Assembly (NCBI RefSeq): GCF_009914755.1
Contig: NC_060925.1
From: the human T2T-CHM13v2.0 reference genome, Homo sapiens
Reading direction: 5' to 3' (one strand)
Length of the DNA: 64,000 nt
The notes beneath the pieces are model-generated. The model saw only the letters and a list, made by a program, of their open reading frames with translations, searched no databases and was not told the DNA's origin. A program made the translations under genes and the position numbers. Shown here one piece after another: positions 27,702 through 47,351 of the stretch. Each line of letters begins with the position of its first letter. Positions within the stretch are counted from its first letter, which is position 1.

Positions 27702-28739
27702 TTCCACTGTGTTCCTGTTGTTGTTGTTAAAATTAAACCTACAGAGATATGTTGAGAGCTCTTCCCAAAGTGAAATTTCGTACCTACCACACCCAACCTG
27801 ACAAGTAATATGCTCTTTTTATAGGTTTGGTCTAATGTCCAGTGATGGTACATTTCAGATGCACATAGAGCAATTTGATGGCATATGATGTGAGAAAGCC
27901 AGGCTGTTCCAGCAGTTCAGATGGGTTATCACTATAACTATCTTCCTGATGGAGTTTTTCCCCAGGATCTCTTATCTTACACAGATTAATCCTTATAGAC
28001 AGGAGGGGCCAGCTTTGGTGCAAATGGAGCATCTAGAAGGGGTGGTTGGAAGGGCCCACTCCAGAAGGCAGAGAGGGCAGCCAGCCTCCTCCTCCACTTA
28101 GGGCCTGGGTTAGCCTTGAAGCTCTCCCCTGAGGGCTGTGTTTCCAGCCTCTGCGTTTAATAAGCAGAGAGAATTGAAAACAGTAAAAAAATGGAAGATA
28201 ATACAACAGTCAATAAAAAGATAAAGTAAACTAAGAAGAAATAAAAAAAAGGTGGTAAAAACAGTTAAAAAAAGAGGGCGGCAGGCAATAAAGTGATAAT
28301 ATGAACTAAAAATAAACCAAATAAGCTAAAAAGAAATTAAAAGCTAGAACAAAGACATGACAAGGCAAAGGTTAGAAATAAAAGATGCGGAATAAAAAGA
28401 TAATACAATAACAATAAATCTAGATAAGATGAGATCAAAGAAAATAGTATAAAGTAGCTAGAAGACAAAACAGAGATTAAAAATGACTGAGATAAGCAAA
28501 ATCATTAAAACCAGAAAAATAAAAAGACTAAAGGGATTAAAACAATAAAATGTATTCAACCAATACCAAAAGAAATAAAAAATTTAAAAGACTGAGCTAT
28601 GGGGGAAGGGAGTAATAGATCAATTTTGCTTCAAGTTAAAATAATGCTGCAATATAAGTACAAACATATCCCTCATTCAGATGCATTCTTTGGTCCAGGC
28701 AACCTAAGGCTATGCAGACCTTCCAGCATCTAAGCCTCT

Positions 28740-29346
<607 letters not shown>

Positions 29347-29898
29347 GCAACCCTGCAAGAAGTCCCTGGGAGGATCCCTTTGGGCAGAGAGGTGAAGGCA
29401 GCAAGCAGAATCTTTGACCTCTTTCTTGCCTAATTTGGGGCCTCCGACACAACTGACTTTTTTTCTGAGTAATATTTTTTATTTCACTTGGACCCACAAG
29501 TCAGTGAGGCTGAGCCCTAGAAGGACAGGTCTCTACAGTCCCTAACCCATTTTCTCTTATGATGTTAGGGTTGCTGAGAGCAAGAAATGTTCTGAAGGTC
29601 TGTTCTCCTATGGCTAATGAAGAGGCCCACCCATGAGGCCAGGCCTGATGTGCTTGGCTGCTCGTGCCAAGAAACTTCTGCAACCGGGAGCAACACCTTG
29701 TGAGATGAAAGGTGTTTTCTAAATCCCCTAGGATAGACATCATGTTCTTCAGCAGGATTTTGGAGCTTTGTACATCTCACTGTCTTCTGCCTTTTCCAAA
29801 CAGGGAAGCCTGGGATAGCTGGTCATCACTGGTTACCAGAACACCCCACTCTTGGGAATGGGTTTTCTGTACTTGGTTTCTCTCTTGCTCAAAGGTGA

Positions 29899-30245
29899 AT
29901 GTCTTAATCCATTCAGGCTGTTAACAAAATACCTTAGACTAGGTAATTTATAAACAACAGACATTTATTGCTCAAAATTCTAGAAGCCAGAAAGTCCGAG
30001 ATCAAGATGCTGGCAGACTCAGGGTCTTAGGATGGCCCAGTCTTCATAGATGGCACCATCTGTGTCCTCCACATGACTGAAGGGGCAAACAGGCTCCTCA
30101 AGCCTCTTTCATAAAGGCACTAATCTCATTCATGAAGAGTCTGCCTTCATGACCCCTCCAAGGCCCCACATCTTAATAGGATCCCAGTGGGGATTAAGTT
30201 TCAACATATGAATTTGAGGGGACACCATCATCTAGACCATAGCAC
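29899..30245 (-). mobile_element. MLT1A/MSTD-like LTR
   Basis: TGTCTTAATCCATTCAGGCTG...GACCATAGCA. Confidence 0.75.
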
Positions 30246-30278
30246 ATGCTCAGAAATGTGTGCAGTGGAGAGGTCTGT

Positions 30279-30287
30279 CTCTCTCTT

Positions 30288-30343
<56 letters not shown>

Positions 30344-30350
30344 GCATACA
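30279..30350 (+). repeat. Compound (CT)n(CA)n microsatellite
   Basis: Direct reading. Confidence 0.95.
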
Positions 30351-30390
30351 TTGAGCAGGCAGACAGAGCCCAGCCCCAAGCTCCTCCTGA

Positions 30391-31139
30391 CAGGGCTGGC
30401 TTTATGGATGTGCAACCTGTGCACTGTGCTCAGAGGGCCCTACACTTGATGCTCTGCTTTTGCCATCTTGAAATTCTTAACAATTTTGGAACATTTCTTT
30501 CTTTTTTCTTCCTTCTTTCCTTCTTTCCTTCCATCCCTCCCTCCCTCCCCCTCCTTTCTTTTCTTTTTTCTTTCTTTCTTTTCTTTCTTTTTCTTTTTCT
30601 CTTTCTTTCTCTCTTTCTTCCTTTCTCTCTCTCTTTCTTTTTCTTTCTTTCTTTTTCTCTTTCTTTCTTTCTCTTTCTTCCTTTCTCTTTCTCTTTCTTT
30701 CTTTCTTCTCCTTCCTTCCTTCCTCTCTCTCTCTCTCTCTCTTTCTTTCTCTTTCTCTCTCCTTCCTTCCTTCCTCTCTCTCTCTCTCTTTCTTTCTTTC
30801 TCTTTCTCTGTTTCTTTCAGGGTCTCATGGGTCTCTGTCACCCAGGCTGGAGTGCAGTGGCACGATCTCCACCTCTTGGGTTCAAGCAATTCTCCTGCCT
30901 CAGCCTCCCAAGTTGCTGGGACTACAGGTGTATGCCACCATGCCAGGCTAATTTTTGTATTTTTAGTAGAGATGGGGTTTCACCATGTTGGCCAGCTAGT
31001 CTTGAACTCCTGGCCTCAAGCGATCCACCCGTCTCAGCCTCCCAAAGTGCTGAGATTACAGGTGTGAGCCACCGCGCCTGGACTAATGTTGGAACATTTC
31101 ATTTTGTACTGGACCCTGCAAGCTATGTAGACAGTCCTG
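30391..31139 (+). mobile_element. MER45A-like hAT element interrupted by Alu (-) with ~330-bp CT-rich tail
   Basis: CAGGGCTGGCTTTATGG...TCTTGAAATTCTTAA / TTTCATTTTGTACTGG...GTCCTG; Alu TSD TTGGAACATTTC. Confidence 0.7.
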
Positions 31140-32252
31140 CCTTCACTTCTTCACTTTCCACCACGTCCTGATGAGAAGGGATGCAGAAGCCACCAAGCTT
31201 TTTGACCGTGAGGTGTCCATCCAGGGCAGAGACTTGATCTTTGGGTACAGTTCTTAGCATAAGGTAAGCCCTTTGGAAAAAGAGGAGGAAGCACTCAAAT
31301 GCCTTTGATTCAGTCCCCAGGGCTTCCTGTCTAGTCTTAACTCCCCAGTGAGCCCTCAGCTAAGGCTTGAATCTTGGAGTTGCCCACCTCTAATCTCCAG
31401 CCTTCAGACTTGGCCTGTCCCAGCCCTGTTCCCTTTGGGATCCCTGGCAGAAACCCAAAGGGGCGGAGAGGGGAGGGATGAAAGGAAAGTGAAAGTATCA
31501 GCCTCTCTGGATGCCCCTTCTCTTCCTCCTCCTCCCTCATCTCCCCCCCACCCCCCGCTGTTGTCATGGAGACCAGAACAAAGCCTCTCTTTCGCCTCTT
31601 TTCTGGATTGTTAATTGTCTTTACTCCATGGTGCCTTTGTTAATTGTTGCCAGTCCCTCCCAGGATGGGGATCTAGGTCTCCTCAAGGCAGGAAACAGGG
31701 ATTTAAAAAAAGTTTGGGGATGGGTGTGGGGCACTGTAAGCCAGGTGGTAGGTGGGGAGGAGAAGAGGACTGAGGAGGCGGCCTAAGGATTTTCTAAATG
31801 GCCCAGGCTTCTGGGAGGGAAGCACCTTCTGCATCTCTTTTCCTCCCTCCCTCACCTGCCTTTGCTGGTGTGGCCCAGTGGCCCCTCTCTGTGGGAAGAG
31901 ACAGAAGAAAATGAAAAAAACCACCATTGTGTGTATTCGCATGCGTGTGGGCGTCCTCTCAGGGGGAAGTGGCCCTGTCTTTGCACTGCCCCCATTCCAA
32001 GTAGATCAGGAAAACATGCGGCCTGATTGTTGGCCCTACACTTAGGACTCCAGATAATTACATTCACAGAGAGTGTGCACTAGCCCTGGAGGTGAGAATG
32101 ACTACTCCAGCCCTCTTCCCAAGCTCATTCCCTGTGGCAGCTGAACACGTGAAGGATGGAGTGGAAAAGCTCTGGAAGTGTGCATGTATGTAAAAAGGAC
32201 TCAAGTCGCCAACATTAGCTGAACCCACACACTGAGTGGGGTCCCTGCGTGT

Positions 32253-32368
32253 TTCTGTGCCTGCGTGTTAAGGAGTGGTGGTATGGGTTGGGTCCTCTGT
32301 CCCTGGGAGATTCTGTGCCTGCGTGTTAAGGAGTGGTGGTATGGGTTGGGTCCTCTGTCCCTGGGAGA
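32253..32368 (+). repeat. Perfect 58-bp tandem duplication
   Basis: 32253-32310 identical to 32311-32368. Confidence 0.97.
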
Positions 32369-32724
32369 AAGTCCGCCACTCAGGAAATAGGAGGCTGACT
32401 GGCATACGGAAAGCAGAGAGCTGCTTCAACTTCTAGGGTCTAGGCTAGAATCTAGGGTACGGAATAATACTCAGCTGCTGTTTATTATATGTTTCAGATT
32501 CCAAGGACCAGAAAACCCCACAAGCAGCAAGGCAGCATGGTATGCTGGACAAAGCATGGATCAGAGGGCCGGAAAGCCTGGGTTCAGATGTCTGATGGTG
32601 CCCCTTCACTGTGTGGTCTTGGGAAATTTCCCTCCCCTTTCTGAGTATCTTTTTCCTCATCTGTGAAAGGAACTGTCCCGGTCTTCACAGAGCCGCTGAT
32701 AGCTTAAGCGAGTCCTGTGTGTAA

Positions 32725-34375
<1,651 letters not shown>

Positions 34376-35118
34376 TTATATGGGAGGAAAGGGGAAGATG
34401 AGAGAAGAGACATTTTTGTTGAGACAAGAGGATGAAAAGGTGCCCACTCTAGGAAGAGGAGGGTTTGGGGAAGAACTTAACAGGTGTAAAGATTTTTATC
34501 GGGTTTGAAGTCTAGTTCAAGGCAGATCTTTCAATATGGGGATCTGATTGGGACTGGGCAAAATTTATAACAGTTTAGGATTGGAGGACATGGTGAAGGG
34601 AGGGTCTTGAAGAATAAACAATTGTTTGATAAGCTACTGGTTTGCCCAGTTAAGCAAACTATTGTCCCGAGAAGGGGGCTGTTTGAGCAGTCTATTGTTC
34701 AGATAAATTGATTTTCAGGAAGTTCCTGAAGGAAATAATGAAGTTATTTACCAGTTTACAGTCTTATCTTCCTGGGGAAGAAATTTCTGGAACAAATATT
34801 AAAGTCATGCAGATGTAGGCAGCCTCAGTGAAATGATGTCACCGCAGGTGAGGCCGTTGTAGTCTGGCTGAGTGGTAGGTAATTGTGGCCTGGACTAGGG
34901 TGGGGTGGTAAAGACAGGAATGGATGGATTGGGATATATTTTTGGAGATAGGCCAGTGACTCACTAAATTGATTAGATGAGCGAGAAACAATCACAGATG
35001 ATGGCTAGGTTTTTGACTTGAGCCATTAGGTAGGTGGTAGTACCATTTACTGGATGGGAAAGAAGATGGTACTGGGTTGGGGATGATGGTTAAAGGTTCA
35101 ATGTTAGGGTTAGGATGT

Positions 35119-36049
<931 letters not shown>

Positions 36050-36860
36050 ATGTCTGTGAGGCCCTGGGGTAGAAACATCAAGTGTGTGGTTGGATAATAG
36101 TCTTGGATATTAAATAATTGGGAGAATCATCACCACATAGTTGGTACTTAAAGCTATGGAAAAGGACAAAATTTTACCTAGGAAGATGTGGTAGGAGGAA
36201 AATAGGGTGTAGGAGAGAGCCCACAGGGAATGCCCACCTGGAGACCAGGATGGAGGAGGGAACATAAAAAAGGGTGGCTGGGAAAGAGCAGCCAGTGAGG
36301 TGGGAGGACTCAAGAAAGTGTGGACTCATGAAGTGAGTGTTTCAAGGAGTGGCTGACTGGGTTACATCATGTAAATTTGATAGTTGTTCCTGGGAAATGG
36401 TGCAGTAGTAGAGAAAATCTAGAATCTTCAGTCAGATAGCTTCCTGTCTCCACTAATTGGAGCTTCATTTTTCTTATCTCTAAAATGGGATTCCAGGTAC
36501 TCAGGGACTTGCAAAGAGATGGAATTAAATTAAATTAAAAAATAAGATAAAATGGGGATAATGACACCAACATCACAGAACTGGGATAAGGTACAAATAG
36601 ATACCATATAGGAAAACAGTATTGTGCCTAAGACCCAGTAGGGAGACACTTTATATCTTAATTTGGTGGCAGTGAGTGGAAGGGCTGATCTTTGCTCTTC
36701 CTCTCTTAATCTGCTGTTGCTAAGGACAGCTGCAGGGAGGTACCCACAATCAAGTTGCCCCCCTGAAGATGATCAGGGGCCAGAGAAAAACAACCAGATA
36801 TATGGAAAACACAGGCATGTTGTCTGGGAGGAGGAAAGTCTTGGTGGCACTTGGGTACCC

Positions 36861-38844
<1,984 letters not shown>

Positions 38845-38899
38845 CAGAGATCAGGTTCTTAAGGGAAGTCCGGAGAAATGGGGTTTTTAAAAAACCCGA

Positions 38900-39270
38900 G
38901 TCCAGGCTATCTGTTTGGAGGGGTTGGGAGGCTTGGAGCTGGACCAATAACTTCTTAGGTCTTGCTTTAAGGAGTGAAGATTCTCTGTAGCGACCCTCAT
39001 ACCTGGGCAGTGGGAGCGGGCAGAATCCTTCTTTCTTCTCTTCTCTACACCCCCTCACTCCACCCCCACCCTTCCCCGCCGCCCGTAAACCTTAGCTTTC
39101 CCCTTTCCAACAGAGGTTTCCAGCTGTTGATGCCTGGATGGACCCGGCTGCAGGGAGGAGGAGGAAACTCTCTGTCCCTCCCTTCTTCTGCAAGTCCCCA
39201 CCCTCCCTCCCTCCTCCCCCTGCGCGCTCTCGGTCTCCCTCCCTCTTTCTCCTCTAGGCTGTCCAGTCGC
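38900..39270 (+). promoter_or_regulatory. SOX13: TATA-less proximal promoter
   Basis: CCAAT at ~38944, GC-box-like CCCCGCCGCCC at ~39074, CCCTCC/CACCC (SP/KLF/MAZ-type) tracts, Inr-like CCAGTC around 39265. Confidence 0.65.
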
Positions 39271-39861
39271 CTCGCAGCAGCGAGCCGCGAGCGCCCTTCT
39301 CCAGTCCCGGCTTGGAACTGAACTGTGTGAGCACGGGTCCTGGAACCCGGGCCCAGAACCGGCGAGCCCAGGTCTGAGCCCAGAGCTCAGCGGTCAGCCT
39401 CGTAGGCCCTGACTCGGAATCGAGCCGAGGCGCTGAGGTTGGAGCCGGAGAGCGGGAGAGCCGAAGAGCAGGGAGGGCGGGCCGGCTGCGCGTCCGACGA
39501 GTCGCAGAGCAGGACCGCGGAAGGCAGGGAGACGGCCGCAAGCCCAGGGCAGAGGGCAGAGGGCAGAGAGCGGCCTGGCTCGGCGGAGAGGGCGCCGCCC
39601 GGCCGGAACCAAGCTCGCCGCCCGGGACGGCGGGCCCCGTGGGGCGCGGACCCAGGGTGGCCGTGGGTCCGCAGCGACTCCCCGGCCGACGGCGGGGGGC
39701 GTGCCCCCTCCCAGCCCAGCCTCCCCAACCCGGCCCGCCCGCCGCGTCGCGGGGGCATGTGAGCGGGAAGCCTAGGCTGCCAGCCGCGAGGACCGCACGG
39801 AGGAGGAGCAGGAGCGCGGAGCCGCGAGCCCCGAGCCCCGAGCCCGGCGCCTGGCTGAGTA
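39265..39861 (+). other. SOX13: Non-coding first exon (5' UTR), likely SOX13 exon 1
   Basis: GC-rich ~597-nt segment ending at donor GTA|GTAAGT (39862-39867); its only ATG is immediately followed by TGA. Sequence and length match my recollection of the SOX13 mRNA 5' end; gene identity and TSS are recall, not verified by search. Confidence 0.75.
39388..39628 (+). repeat. Inverted repeat arm A (in exon 1)
   Basis: Reverse complement aligns to 41296-41549 at roughly 80% identity by eye. Confidence 0.92.
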
Positions 39862-40113
39862 GTAAGTGCACCCCTCCCCGCCATGATCGCGCCGTCGCGC
39901 CCATTTCCCCAGCTCTCTGAAGTTTGACACTTGCGCCCCTACGTTTCTGGGCACCCACCGGCTCTCTTCCCTGCGAGTTTCCACCCTGTGCAAAGTTTTT
40001 CGAGGAGAGACGGACCCTCACCTACCCCCAACAACGCTGGGCAGTGGCGGCTCCTCCCTGGCCGACTTGGGTCCTTGTGGAGAGGGATGGCAGCCTCTAA
40101 GGCAGTGCGTGGC

Positions 40114-40160
40114 TGTGTGTGTGTTTGTGTGTGTGTGTGTGTACGCGCGCGCGCGCGCGC
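40114..40160. repeat. (TG)n-(CG)n alternating purine/pyrimidine tract
   Basis: TGTGTGTGTGTTTGTGTGTGTGTGTGTACGCGCGCGCGCGCGCG. Confidence 0.95.
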
Positions 40161-41147
40161 GTTCACCACGCGGGTCGAGCTTAGGGTGCACCCCCAACCC
40201 GCTCCTCGCCGACCGCAGAGGACTAGGTCTTTCTCATCAGCCCGACTATGCGCCTAGTTTAAGGATTTCTCAGCGGGAAGCCGAAGCGACCTGCGCGCGT
40301 CCTGCGTGGGGCTCAGGTGCCTGCGACGAGGCGCAGAGCTCCTCCACCATGGTTGCGTGGGGTGCTGGGGGACAGACGCGCTCCCCTTGCCACGGTTTCA
40401 GGGTCGTTCCCCAGCGGACCAGACCAGCGCGGCATCCTGTTTGTTTTCTGCTCCGGCTGCTCCTGTCCCACCCCCACCCCCACCGCAGGCTGCTTCTTGC
40501 TACCCCCACCTCCCGCCCTGGGATATCGTAGGTGAGCCTTTTCATCCCGATTCCGCTGCAAACGCTGATCGCGCCTAGGGGTAGGGAGATGCGGAGCGGG
40601 TAGTCGTTCAGTTCCCAGCGGCTCGCCATTGTTTTCCCACCCCGCGCGTTCCGTACGTAAACACACACGCACACACAAGGTTGTGTGTGTGCGCCGGCTC
40701 TGGCTGCTTCCCGTCCCCAGGCGCGCAGGGATCGCCCGCGGGATTCGCTCAGCTGCCCGCATGGGTCTTCAGGCTGGAGGCGCTCCAGGACTTAACTGGA
40801 GCTGGAGAGGACAAGAGACGTGGGGGTTGCCGGACAGTACCGGGCGGGGCGGTGAGCCGGGCCTGGGCGGGAAGTGAATTTTGAACTTCAGCCCTGGACC
40901 TTTCCGGGAGGACCCCGAGCGCTGGAGCGGCGGCTCCCGCCCTGGAGGGCCCGCGGCAGCTGCAAAGACTCCGCTGGCGCTCTTGGCAGCCGCCTCGGTG
41001 ACAGAGGCTTGGAGGAAGCCGAAGAGTTTTCCTGGGAAGTTTGCTTTGACTCTCTGGGAATTTCCGGGCAGGACGCCTCGGCGCTGGCGCTGGCGCTGGC
41101 GCTGGTGAAGGGGTCTGGCCAAAGACGGCCAGAGACGATGCTGCTGG

Positions 41148-41291
41148 CTCTTGACCACTAGGCTGTACTTGGCTCTCAGCAGTCCAAGTAGGTGGGTCTC
41201 TACCTCCCGGAGTTCATGCCTTCCAAACCAGTATCCCCCAAAGGATCACGACATGCCGGTTTCAAAGATGGGTGCATAACTCTGCTCGTTT
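41148..41291 (-). repeat. Inverted repeat arm B
   Basis: Reverse complement of 41659-41805; core 41209-41285 matches 41665-41741 at 73/77. Confidence 0.95.
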
Positions 41292-41295
41292 TGGA

Positions 41296-41549
41296 GTCCA
41301 GGGAGGCAAGCTCGGTTCCAGCCGGGCGGCGCTCTCCGTCGAGCCAGGCCGCTCTCTGCCCTCTGCTCTCTGCCCTGGGCGTGGGGCTGTCTCCCTGCCT
41401 ACCGCGGTTGTGCTTTCGGACTCGTCCGACGCGGCGCCAGCCCGCTACCTCCCGCTCTCCCTCTCCCCCGCTCCCTGGCTCCCCGGCTCCCTGACTCCGT
41501 AATCTGCGCCTCGGCGCAGTTGCGAGTCAGGGCCTGAGGCTGACCCCTG
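41296..41549 (-). repeat. Inverted repeat arm A' (antisense copy of exon 1 segment)
   Basis: e.g. GAGCCAGGCCGCTCTCTGCCCTCTGC and CGAGTCAGGGCCT are exact reverse complements of exon 1 sequence. Confidence 0.92.
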
Positions 41550-41658
41550 TTTCCACTGTGCTTCATTAGAAAGCGCTTCGCAAGATGCTGGGATTCAGCA
41601 CATTTGGATTCCAGTTCCCCATCGATGAGCAGCGTGGGTTTGGACTTCCCCGCATGCG

Positions 41659-41805
41659 AAATGGGCAGAGTTATGCACCCAACTTTGAAACTGGCATGTC
41701 GTGATCGTTTGGGGGATACTGGTTTGGAAGGCATGATCTCCAGGAGGGTAGGGACCCACCTACCTCTGGATCATTAAGGGCCAAATATAGCCTAGTGGTT
41801 AAGAG
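41659..41805 (+). repeat. Inverted repeat arm B'
   Basis: Partner of 41148-41291; its last ~20 nt are the 5' end of the adjoining MIR. Confidence 0.95.
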
Positions 41806-42020
41806 TCCTGGAGCTGGAGTTAGATCCCGGATGCCACTGGCGGTGTGACTCTGGGCAATTTAACTTAACCTCTGTGCCTCAGTTTCCTCAGCCATAAAAT
41901 AGGGTTAATATGAACGCTTCATGGGGTTGTCTTGAGGATTAAAAGACTTAATAAAGTGAAACTGAGAACAGTGCCTGGCACATAATAAGTGCTAGGTAAA
42001 TATGAGCTATTATTGCCATT
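41787..42020 (+). mobile_element. MIR SINE
   Basis: TAGCCTAGTGGTTAAGAG start, core CTCTGTGCCTCAGTTTCCTC, end ACAGTGCCTGGCACATAATAAGTGCT. Confidence 0.88.
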
Positions 42021-42949
42021 ATTACTTAACTGACCTTGTACAGAGCCCAGAAGAGCACTTGGTGATTGTGCTCAACTAATCAATTATAACATTGCCCACT
42101 TCTGGAGAGGAGGAGATCTTGTACTCTCTCCCACCCTTGCCTGATTCCAGCCCCTCAGATCAAACGTATCCTTCTTACTCCTTGTCTAGTGCCATCTTCT
42201 CGAGTCTTTTTTCTTTTTCTTGTTTCCTTCCTTTCTCCCTCCCTTCACAACTTTTGTGAAAGCATTTCATTCCCTCCTTTCCTCATTCTTAAAAATCAAT
42301 CTTGGCTCAACTGCAGTGTTCTCTCCATGGAAATCAGGTCCCAGGAAGGAATTGTCTCCAAAAGGGTGTCCCTTGAGCGTCCTCAGCCTGGGCTGCTGGA
42401 TCAGGATTGGATGTGCATTTGTGTCTCTGGGGCAGGGTGAATTTCCAGAGCAAAGAGCCTGTCAGGTGTCTGGGGCCCAGGGGAAGAGTCAGGTGGAATG
42501 GGCTGGGACTGTCCCAGGAGGAGCCCTGCTCCCTGGGTAGTGTCTGTGTCTCCTGCTGCTGGGCTCACTTGGGAACCTGGAATAGCACAGCTGCTTGGGT
42601 AGACTGGATGTGGGATTTGGGGTGAGGGGCAAAAGTGTCACCTCCAACTTTCCACTTGCAGTTGGAGGATTTTCTAGGAATTTGGGTTTGTCACAAGTTC
42701 CTTGTCTGATTCAGGACTCTGCAAATGCATAGCACAGGTAAGGGGCGAGCTGAGCAACCAGGAGGAAGAACAGGGTGCTGCTGCCCAGCCACACTGCCTT
42801 GGACAACAGGCTCCTGTCCTCCTTTCTCAGACCCTCCAACCTCCACCCCAGGCATGGGGGAGGATGGCCAGAAGGTTGCTTCTTCATGTTGGAGATCCTG
42901 CAATTGGCAGTTTTTAGTCATTATGACAACTGGCACTGCAGTCACCCCA

Positions 42950-47351
<4,402 letters not shown>

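Larger units (their letters stand above)
39200..41700. promoter_or_regulatory. CpG island spanning promoter, exon 1 and 5' part of intron 1
   Basis: Abrupt rise in GC and CpG density relative to the CpG-depleted flanks; free of Alus. Confidence 0.93.

Noticed and set aside
30260-31171. 303-aa hydrophobic F/L/S-rich ORF resembling a membrane protein
   Set aside because: Reads through CT microsatellite and an Alu
39254-41734. Long overlapping ORFs in the CpG island, including the similar pairs MPSKPVSPK... and ...VPAGRR...
   Set aside because: Stop-poor GC-rich DNA; the similarity simply reflects the inverted repeats, and there is no recognisable domain
41148-41805. B/B' as terminal inverted repeats of a DNA transposon that captured exon sequence
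   Set aside because: No TSD or known terminal motif seen, and B' runs continuously into a MIR; not fully excluded without a Dfam search
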